Below are positions 1 to 7,276 of a DNA stretch of 64,000 bases, piece by piece; position 1 is the first letter of the stretch; the number at the start of each line of letters is the position of its first letter. The position numbers and the translations under genes were made by a program. Where the stretch lies: positions 661,584-725,583 of the forward strand of contig OZ242043.1 in assembly GCA_965205185.1 (NCBI GenBank). The letters run 5' to 3'. The stretch is from Dehalococcoidia bacterium. Lineage in GTDB: Bacteria > Chloroflexota > Dehalococcoidia > Lucifugimonadales > UBA3495. Under the pieces are notes generated by a model, which was not told the origin of the DNA, made no database searches, and worked only from the letters and a program-made list of their open reading frames with translations.

Positions 1-2117
1 TCATCGTTACCTTGCCGGTCACCGCCACCGAAGCCGGCGGCGAGCGCGGCGTGTATGCTATGTCGGTGCTGGAAAATATCCTCAGCCGGATGCAGGCGGT
101 GACCCAAGTGGCGCAGGCCAGCAACGATGAAGCCTTTGCCGTAGTGCGCCGGCGGCTGTTCCAGGAGGATTGCGACGAGGCGGCCCGGGAGGCGGTCTGC
201 CATGCCTTTTACCGGATCTACCAGCGGGGCGGCGGCGATTACCCGCCCGAAGCCCGCGAAACCCGCTACCTGGACCGCCTGCGCCAGTGCTACCCGATCC
301 ACCCCGAGATCTTTGACCGGCTTTATGACGACTGGTCGTTATATCACCAGTTCCAGCGCACCCGGGGCGTGCTGCGGATGATGGCGCAGACCATCCGGTG
401 GCTTTGCGCCAACGGCGACCAATCGCCGCTGATTATGCCGGGGAATCTGCCGTTCAGCGAGGGGTCGATCAGCGAGGAGTTCCTGCGGCTGCTGGGGCCG
501 CAGTGGAGCGCGGTGATGGGCGAGGTGGACGGCGACAATTCGCGGACTCACGTGATAGACCGGCAGAAACCGGAGCGGTTCGGCTCGGTGGGCGGCGCCG
601 CCCGCCGGGTGGCCCGCGCCGCGTTCTTGGGCAGCTCCACCCAGAAAGCGGTTCGCGGCCTCACCGCCCGGCAAATCAACCTCGCGGTGGCCGCCCCGGG
701 GCACGGCGTCGCGGCCTATGCCGAGGCGCTCCAAATTATGGACGGGGAGTTGTATCATTTCTATCGGGGCAACGATCACCGCTATTATTTCGATTCCGAC
801 GAAAATCTCAACAAGGTTGCCAACGACCGGGCCGCCGAACTGGGCAGCGAGGAACTGGACGCCGAAATCGTGCGCCGCCTCAACGAGTACACCCGGCGGG
901 ATCCCAACCGGGCGGTCATCGCCTGCCCGCCGTCGCCGGCCGAGGTGCGCGATGACGATTTCGCCCGCCTGATCATCCTACCCCCGGCCCAATCCAAGAA
1001 CAGCCGCGCCGCCGAGCGCGATTACGCCTCCGAAGCCGCCAAAGCAATGCTGGCGGTCTGCGGCCCCGACGTCCGCCGCACCCGGCCCAACACCCTGCTG
1101 TTCTTGGCGGCCTCCAGCGACGGCGTGCGCGAGATGCGGGCCGCGGCGCGGCGGTTCCTGGCTTGGGATTCGATGATCAACGGCAGCCGCCGGGTGGCCG
1201 GACTGTCCGGCGACCGGCTGACCCAATGCCGCGGCCAGTCGCAAGAGGCCGCCGACGCGCTCCACAACGCCCTGTCCAACGCCTACCGCTGGGCGATGGC
1301 CCCCGCCCAGCCCGACCCGCAAAAGGCCGAGTATGACACCACCGGCTGGCGGCAGATCGCCGGCGCCCAACCCGACATCGCCGACAATGCGCTGCAACGG
1401 TTCCTCGCCGATGAGTTGCTGGTGGACGCCCTGTCGCCGGCCGCCCTGGCCCGGCGGCTGCAAGAAAGCATCTGGAACGGCGCCAACCCCCGCTACCACC
1501 TCACCGTGGACGAACTCTGGGATCTGCTGACCCGCAACATCCATCTGGGGCTGCGGCTGCGCCACCGGGAAGTGCTGGAGCAATGCCTGGCCGCGGCGCT
1601 CCAATCCGGCGCCCTCGCCCGCGCCGACGGCTACGACGCCGGCACCGGCGAATACCGCAACCTCTCCCGCAGCATCGGCGAAAGCCCCCGCCCCTACCTG
1701 ACCGGCGCCACCCTGCTGGTGGAGCCGGATCTGGCGCAACTGCTGCTGGACGAATCCCGCGCCGCCGCCGCCGACGACGAAAGCGCCGCCCCCGCCGCCG
1801 ATACTGACCGCGGCGCAAGGGGCGCCCCCGCCCCCCCGCCGCCGCCCGAACCCCATCCCCCCCGCCCCCGCCGCATCATCGCCCGCAAGACGGTGGCGCG
1901 CCAAGAAGCGGTTTCCTACGATTTCAACACCACCATCCGCGACGAAATCGCCCGGGTGATGGCTAACGCCGGTTGCGCGGTCACCGTGGAAGTGATTGTC
2001 ACCGGCAACCATGACGCCGGAATCTCCGAAAACGCGGTTCGCAGCCTGCGCCTCAACAGTGATATGCTGGGCATTGCCCTGGACGATTCCACCGCCGACG
2101 GCCCCGCCGCCGGGTAG
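1..2117 (+). CDS. DUF499-family ATPase, C-terminal ~700 aa (5' end outside window)
   Basis: The frame is open to the window edge (track ORF 12..2117). The block YPIHPEIFDRLYDDWS..FQRTRGVLRMMAQT matches my memory of DUF499 proteins. The stop lies 9 nt before a DUF1156 methylase, the usual partner. Confidence 0.65.
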   Translation, partial: IVTLPVTATEAGGERGVYAMSVLENILSRMQAVTQVAQASNDEAFAVVRRRLFQEDCDEAAREAVCHAFYRIYQRGGGDYPPEARETRYLDRLRQCYPIHPEIFDRLYDDWSLYHQFQRTRGVLRMMAQTIRWLCANGDQSPLIMPGNLPFSEGSISEEFLRLLGPQWSAVMGEVDGDNSRTHVIDRQKPERFGSVGGAARRVARAAFLGSSTQKAVRGLTARQINLAVAAPGHGVAAYAEALQIMDGELYHFYRGNDHRYYFDSDENLNKVANDRAAELGSEELDAEIVRRLNEYTRRDPNRAVIACPPSPAEVRDDDFARLIILPPAQSKNSRAAERDYASEAAKAMLAVCGPDVRRTRPNTLLFLAASSDGVREMRAAARRFLAWDSMINGSRRVAGLSGDRLTQCRGQSQEAADALHNALSNAYRWAMAPAQPDPQKAEYDTTGWRQIAGAQPDIADNALQRFLADELLVDALSPAALARRLQESIWNGANPRYHLTVDELWDLLTRNIHLGLRLRHREVLEQCLAAALQSGALARADGYDAGTGEYRNLSRSIGESPRPYLTGATLLVEPDLAQLLLDESRAAAADDESAAPAADTDRGARGAPAPPPPPEPHPPRPRRIIARKTVARQEAVSYDFNTTIRDEIARVMANAGCAVTVEVIVTGNHDAGISENAVRSLRLNSDMLGIALDDSTADGPAAG

Positions 2118-2126
2118 CAAGGCCCA

Positions 2127-4946
2127 ATGCCGATGAACGCCGCCAACGCCGCCCCCCGCCGCAAGCTGATCGAGGTCGACTTGCCCCTGGACGTGATCAA
2201 CGCCGAGTCCGCCCGGGAAAAGTCGATCCGCCACGGCCACCCCTCTACCTTGCACTTGTGGTGGGCGCGGCGCCCCCTGGCCGCCTGCCGCGCCGTGATT
2301 TTCGCCAGCCTGGTAGACGACCCGGCCGATTGCCCGGAGGAGTTTGCCGATCTGGACGCCCAGCGCGCCGAGCGGCAGCGGCTGCACGATTTAATCCAGC
2401 GGCTGGTCAAGTGGGAAAACGGCAACGACGCCCCCCTGCTGGCCGCGGCCCGCTACGAAATCGCCCGCTCCATCGCCCGCGGCCGCGGCGATACCGCCCC
2501 CGCCGATCCCGCCGCAGTGCTGGAGTATCTTAACCGCGAAGCCCAGCCGATTTACGACCCCTTTTGCGGCGGCGGCTCCATTCCGCTGGAGGCGCAGCGC
2601 CTCGGCCTCCGCGCCATCGGCTCCGACCTTAACCCGGTGGCGGTGCTGATTACCAAGGCGCTGATCGAGCTGCCCCCCAAGTTCGCCCACCGCCCCCCGG
2701 TCAACCCCGACGCCGACCCGATGGGCTTGACCGTGGGCCGGGGGCGCAACGCCCAACAAATCCCGTGGCGCGGCGCCGCCGGCTTGGCCGACGATGTCCG
2801 CTACTACGGGCGCAAGATGCGGGAATGGGCGTATCAGCGCATCGGCCACCTCTACCCCCAAGCCCCCCTGCCCGGCGGCGGCGGCGCCACGGTCATCGCC
2901 TGGCTCTGGGCCCGCACCGTGCCTTGCCCCAACCCCGCCTGCGGCGTGGCTATGCCCTTGATGCGGAACTGGCAACTCTCTACCAAGAAAAACAATCTGC
3001 ACTGGATGAAACCCATCATTGACCGGGACAGTCAAAGCGTCTCATTCGTTGTGCAGAACCACAACCGGGACATCCCTAAAAGCGAAACAGTGAACCGGAA
3101 TAGCGCCACCTGCATCGCCTGCAATGGCGCCGTTACCCTGGAATACGTCCGCCAGCAGGCCCGCGGCGGCAATATGAGCGAAATTATGACCTGCGTCGTC
3201 GCCAAAGGCGACCGAAATCGAATTTTTATGTCAATAACCCCGGAAACAAAAAAAATCTTCTCAAGGGCGGCGGCCCCGTGGCGGCCCCAGCAACCTATGC
3301 CCACGACCGCTTACAAGGTAAGCGGTCGTGGGTATGGAATTACCCATTGGCATCAGCTATTCAATGAACGACAGTTGACCGCCTTAACCACTTTCAGCGA
3401 TACGTTGGCGGAAGTGAAACAACTGGTAATACACGATGGCGCGGCCGAGGAATATGCCAACGCGGTCGTTACCTACCTTGCTCTGGCTGTAAGCAAAATG
3501 GCGGATTCCAACAGCAGCTTTTCAACCTACCACTTGCCGCGTGAAAACGTGCGAAGCGTTTTCGCCCGGCAAGCGATCCCAATGGTTTGGGACTATGCTG
3601 AGGGCAATCCTTTCGCCGACGCGGCGGGGACTTGGAATCTGGTATTGGACAAAATCGTTAAAGTTTTGGAATACCTGCCGGATACCAACAACCACGGCCA
3701 AGTCTATCAAGCCGACGCCGCCACAACAATCCACGCCAACAATGGCCCGGTTATCGTTACCGATCCGCCCTATTACGACAATATCAGCTACGCCGAACTT
3801 TCCGACTTTTTCTATATATGGTTGCGCCCGCTACTACGGGAAATCTACCCCGATCTGTTTTCCGGTATAATGGTTCCCATCCAAGAGGAAATGATCGCCG
3901 CGCCGCGCTTTGAGAACGCCGAGGAACGTTTCGAGTCGCTGTTGGGGCAGTCGTTGCGTCTGATACGGGAACGGTGCAGCCCGGAGTTTCCGTCGTCCAT
4001 TTTCTACGCCTACAAGCAGCAGGAACAGGAACGGGATGGCGTAACTTCAACCGGCTGGGAAACGATGCTCACCGCGCTGATCAATGCCGGATTTCAGATT
4101 GTCGGCACTTGGCCGATGCGTACCGAAATGTCTAATAGGGCCAATGCCGTGGCCGCCAACACGTTGGCATCATCGGTCGTCCTGGTTTGCCGCCCGCGGC
4201 CAGAAAACGCGCCGGTTGCCAACCGGGGGGAATTCATCGCGGCGCTGGAACGGGAAATGCCGCCGAAGCTGGATCAGTTGACCCGGGAGGCGCACATCGC
4301 CCCGGTGGATTTGCGCCAAGCCGCCATCGGGATGGGGATGGCGGTCTATTCCCGCTACGGGAGCGTGGCTACGCTATCCGGCGAACCCGTGACGGTGCGC
4401 CAGGCGCTGATGGCGATTAACGATGCGGTAGACGCCTATCTGCGCCAGCAGGCCGGGGAATTGGATTCCGAAAGCCGTTTCTGTCTGGACTGGCTGCAAA
4501 CCCACCCCAAGGGGCAAGGCGATTACGGCACCGCCCTAAACTTGGCCCTCGCCTACAATTTGTCCATCGACGACCGGCTGGCGCAAACCCACCGGCTGCT
4601 CCAGGCCCGACAAGGAACTGTATCGTTATACGGGCTGGACGACTATCACACCGACCGCGCCTATCCGCCGGCGGGCGAGGAAATCACGGCATGGGAATGC
4701 TGCCTGCGGATGGCATGGCAGATGCAGATCGGGGATGACCGGGGCGGGGTAGCGGGCTGCGTGCCGGCGGCCCGCCGCGCCGCCGGCCGGTTGGATAGCG
4801 TCGAGCGCCTAGCCCGCATCCTCTACGACCACCACAACTCCCGCCACGAATCCCAACTAGCGGTAGCGTTCAACAACGTAGTAACGGCGTGGCCGGAAAT
4901 CACCCGCGAAACCGCCCGCCCAGAATCCGGCCGGCTGCTAGAGTAA
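2127..4946 (+). CDS. DUF1156-family N6-adenine DNA methyltransferase
   Basis: 939 aa. The N-terminal block KLIEVDLPLDVINAESAREKSIRHGHPSTLHLWWARRPLAA is typical of DUF1156. Catalytic motif IV is DPPY (TDPPYYDNISYAELSDFFYIWL). Confidence 0.85.
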   Translation: MPMNAANAAPRRKLIEVDLPLDVINAESAREKSIRHGHPSTLHLWWARRPLAACRAVIFASLVDDPADCPEEFADLDAQRAERQRLHDLIQRLVKWENGNDAPLLAAARYEIARSIARGRGDTAPADPAAVLEYLNREAQPIYDPFCGGGSIPLEAQRLGLRAIGSDLNPVAVLITKALIELPPKFAHRPPVNPDADPMGLTVGRGRNAQQIPWRGAAGLADDVRYYGRKMREWAYQRIGHLYPQAPLPGGGGATVIAWLWARTVPCPNPACGVAMPLMRNWQLSTKKNNLHWMKPIIDRDSQSVSFVVQNHNRDIPKSETVNRNSATCIACNGAVTLEYVRQQARGGNMSEIMTCVVAKGDRNRIFMSITPETKKIFSRAAAPWRPQQPMPTTAYKVSGRGYGITHWHQLFNERQLTALTTFSDTLAEVKQLVIHDGAAEEYANAVVTYLALAVSKMADSNSSFSTYHLPRENVRSVFARQAIPMVWDYAEGNPFADAAGTWNLVLDKIVKVLEYLPDTNNHGQVYQADAATTIHANNGPVIVTDPPYYDNISYAELSDFFYIWLRPLLREIYPDLFSGIMVPIQEEMIAAPRFENAEERFESLLGQSLRLIRERCSPEFPSSIFYAYKQQEQERDGVTSTGWETMLTALINAGFQIVGTWPMRTEMSNRANAVAANTLASSVVLVCRPRPENAPVANRGEFIAALEREMPPKLDQLTREAHIAPVDLRQAAIGMGMAVYSRYGSVATLSGEPVTVRQALMAINDAVDAYLRQQAGELDSESRFCLDWLQTHPKGQGDYGTALNLALAYNLSIDDRLAQTHRLLQARQGTVSLYGLDDYHTDRAYPPAGEEITAWECCLRMAWQMQIGDDRGGVAGCVPAARRAAGRLDSVERLARILYDHHNSRHESQLAVAFNNVVTAWPEITRETARPESGRLLE

Positions 4947-4972
4947 CCACCCCGCCGGGGAACGGAGCGGAT

Positions 4973-5338
4973 ATGTACGGCGAACCCACCTACCCCACCG
5001 CCCGCCACCGTCTGGAACACGGGCGGGAAAGCTACCGCCGCGCCACGGTGCGGGCAATGGCAACCGACGGCTGGGGCGTATACGCCCTATGGGTCGGCGA
5101 CTACGAATGCCTCTACATCGGCAAATCGGCGGAGGGCGAAAGCGTCAAAACCCGCCTGATATCGCATTTGTCCTACCAAGAGCGCCGCCGCAACCGCAAG
5201 CTATACGATGCGCTATACCTGAACCGCGACCACGTAGAGTTCGCCATCTGCCTAACCAACAGCCCAGAGTGGGCCACCGAGCTGGAGCAGCGCCTAATCA
5301 AGCACTACCAGCCGGAGTGCAACAACCTGCTGAAGTGA
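4973..5338 (+). CDS. small GIY-YIG domain protein (putative nuclease)
   Basis: ATG at 4973 (alternative ATG at 5057) in the 4889..5338 frame. GVYALWV..LYIGKS followed by RLISH fits the GIY-YIG pattern. Co-directional with the methylase, with a 26-nt gap. Confidence 0.55.
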   Translation: MYGEPTYPTARHRLEHGRESYRRATVRAMATDGWGVYALWVGDYECLYIGKSAEGESVKTRLISHLSYQERRRNRKLYDALYLNRDHVEFAICLTNSPEWATELEQRLIKHYQPECNNLLK

Positions 5339-5368
5339 CGTCGCGGGGGCGGCGGGGGGGCGTTGCCA

Positions 5369-5685
5369 ACCCCGCCCGATCTTATCCCCCGCCCGATCTT
5401 ATCCCCCGCCCGATCTTATCCCCCGCCCGATCTTATCCCCCGCCCGATCTTATCCCCCGCCCGATCTTATCCCCCGCCCGATCTTATCCCCCGCCCGATC
5501 TTATCCCCCGCCCGATCTTATCCCCCGCCCGATCTTATCCCCCGCCCGATCTTATCCCCCGCCCGATCTTATCCCCCGCCCGATCTTATCCCCCGCCCGA
5601 TCTTATCCCCCGCCCGATCTTATCCCCCGCCCGATCTTATCCCCGCCCCCCGATCATATCCCCCCCGGATCTTATCCCCTCCCCC
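5369..5685. repeat. 17-bp tandem array: 16 perfect + 2 degenerate copies of CCCGCCCGATCTTATCC
   Basis: GATC recurs at exact 17-bp steps from 5378 to 5633, with degenerate copies at 5652 and 5668. The period is not a multiple of 3. Track ORFs 5089..5862 and 5363..5701 merely translate the repeat. Confidence 0.95.
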
Positions 5686-6258
5686 TCCGGGGGAGGGTTA
5701 GGGTGGGGGCGTCCCCCCAACTACCCCGCAGAGGACACGCATTCATCCTTCGACAAGCTCAGGATGAATGCGGGGGCGCCGGCTTTAGCGGGGGCGCCGG
5801 GGGCGGCCGGTGTTAGCGGGGGCGCCGGTGTTAGCGGGGGCGCCGGGGGCGGCCGGTGTTAGCGGGGGCGCCGGCTTTAGCGGGGGCGCCGGGGGCAATG
5901 CCAACCCCGCCCCCCGGATCTTATCCCCGCCCCAACTACCCCAACCCCGAAATGCCACCGAAAACCAAAAAATCCCCTCCCCCTCCGGGGGAGGGTTAGG
6001 GTGGGGGCGTCCCCCCCCAAGCCCCGCAGATGACGCGCATTCATCCTGAGCTTGAGGACATTCATTCATCCTGAGCTTGTCGAAGGATGAATGCGGGGGC
6101 GCCGGGGGGCGGGCGGTTTTAGCGGAGGCGCCGGGGGGCAATGCCAACCCCGCGCCCCGACTTATCCCCGCCCCAACTACCCCAACCCCGAAATGCCACC
6201 GAAAACCAAAAATCCCCTCCCCCTCCGGGGGAGGGTTAGGGTGGGGGCGTCCCCCCTT
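5686..6258. repeat. cluster of dispersed palindromic repeat units (family 1 CCCCTCCCC..GGGGAGGG + TTAGGGTGGGGG; family 2 CATCCTTCGACAAGCTCAGGATG)
   Basis: Family 1 copies lie at about 5676-5716, 5975-6012 and 6213-6250. Family 2 copies lie at 5741-5768 and 6037-6095. A ~125-bp direct duplication spans 5893-6020 / 6133-6255, with GGGGGCGCCGG..TTAGC sub-repeats between the copies. Confidence 0.85.
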
Positions 6259-6861
6259 TCAGCCGGGCTGCCGCGCTTCCGCTTCGATTTCGGCGGCGCG
6301 GTGTTCGGCGAAAGCGGCGATGTCGAGCCAGTGTTGCTGCCCGGCGTCGGATACCGCGCCCAAGTAGACGTAGATGTTGTCGTCCAAGTCGGCCAGCCCG
6401 GTGTCGCGCTCCAGGATGCGGGTGGGGTCCGGTATCCGGTCCAGGGGGATGAACACCAAGTCGGGGGAGCTGAATTGCTGGAGCGCCGGGTCGGCGTTTT
6501 CCTAGCCCTGTTCCAGTTCCCGCATCGCGAAAGGATTGCACTCCGGCCAGAGGCCCAGGGAGTCGAGGGTTTCCATATCGGAGGAGGTTTCGCTGCCGTT
6601 GCCTTTGGGGGAGTAGATGGCTATGTGGTCGCCTTCGCTGTCGGTTTGCTCCCAGATATCCGCGTGGGGAGTGCCTTCGGGGTAGGCGGCGATTTCCATC
6701 AGTCCGGCGGCGCAGTACCGCTCCTGCGGGGGCTGTCCGGGTCGGGTTTCGATGGTGTGGAGCAGGGATTTCTGGTAGGCGTTGGGGTCGTCGACTTTTT
6801 CCCTGAGCAGCCGCGCCCAACGGCGCAGGCGGTTGGCTCTTTCCAAGTGGTATTCGTTCAT
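6259..6861 (-). pseudogene. hypothetical protein (199 codons) interrupted by one in-frame TAG
   Basis: Track ORFs 6502..6861 and 6259..6459 are in the same frame (6861 and 6459 are both divisible by 3). The only stop between them is TAG at 6502-6504. The 14 codons after it (ENADPALQQFSSPD) are open and run into the second ORF. Confidence 0.5.
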
Positions 6862-7057
6862 TGTCTTGCTCCCTTACCCGGCGGCTCCGCATACTAGGAT
6901 GGTTTGATGGTTCGGCGTCTTGTTTCGCCGGTTTCAACTATGGCGCAGGTGGTTGCGCCGGCGCTTTCGTCTTGGGACTCGGCGATGCGGGCGGCGGGCA
7001 AATAGCCGGTGATGGCGACGGTGATGGGGGTGGTTTGACCGGGCTGGATCATTGTTG

Positions 7058-7262
7058 ACTGGCCCCTGCGGACAAGGGGCGCTGCCGGGAATCGCCCGGC
7101 CCTTTCGGGCAGGGCGTCAGGAATCGAACCTGCAAATACCGATAACCCGGCTGCTTCGGCCCGCAGGGGCCTTGGGGCATCGTCGATCCCCGCGTGGGCG
7201 GGGGAATGCTTGGCTGGCGATTTGTTATCGCAACCTAAAGCGGTCTAGCCCCGGATGGCGGG
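7058..7262 (-). ncRNA. candidate Y RNA (YrlA-like, tRNA-mimic module) downstream of rsr
   Basis: A ~200-nt non-coding stretch lies directly 3' of rsr on the same strand. It contains a T-arm-like CAGGTTCGATTCCTG (plus strand 7117-7131) and many short GC hairpins: CCCCGC/GCGGGG, GGCCC/GGGCC, GCCC-GAAA-GGGC and GCCGGG/CCCGGC. There is also a long-range CGATAAC/GTTATCG pairing. The ends are uncertain. Confidence 0.4.
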
Positions 7263-7276
7263 GCCGGGGGATTGGG

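Noticed and set aside
978-2387. Long antisense ORFs across the window (for example 978..2387, 19665..21362, 25298..26656, 27191..28207, 38405..39904, 42288..44408, 49996..51855, 62251..63435)
   Set aside because: They lie opposite genes with clear domain content. They are Pro/Arg/Gly/His-rich and of low complexity, with no motifs. Such ORFs are expected by chance in skewed DNA of about 68% GC.
5369-5685. The tandem array as a CRISPR array
   Set aside because: The units are contiguous 17-mers with no spacers, the repeat is too short, and there are no cas genes in the window.
5369-5685. The tandem array as oriC (GATC plus DnaA-box-like TTATCC cores)
   Set aside because: The boxes match the DnaA consensus at only 7/9 positions. 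No AT-rich unwinding element or dnaA/dnaN is nearby, and the array is about 9 kb from the skew switch. It is kept only as a low-confidence idea inside the repeat finding.
6894-7052. A 52-aa minus-strand ORF (MIQPGQTTPITVAITGYLPAARIAES..) between the Y RNA candidate and the TAG-interrupted gene
   Set aside because: It has no Shine-Dalgarno sequence and no recognisable motif, and it may overlap the 3' end of the structured RNA. The evidence is insufficient.
7117-7131. The GGTTCGATTCC T-loop as a tRNA or tmRNA gene
   Set aside because: I could build no acceptor stem, anticodon arm or CCA-compatible 3' end. The flanking sequence does not pair as a cloverleaf, and there is no tmRNA tag-reading frame. 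Its position next to rsr favours a Y RNA mimic.
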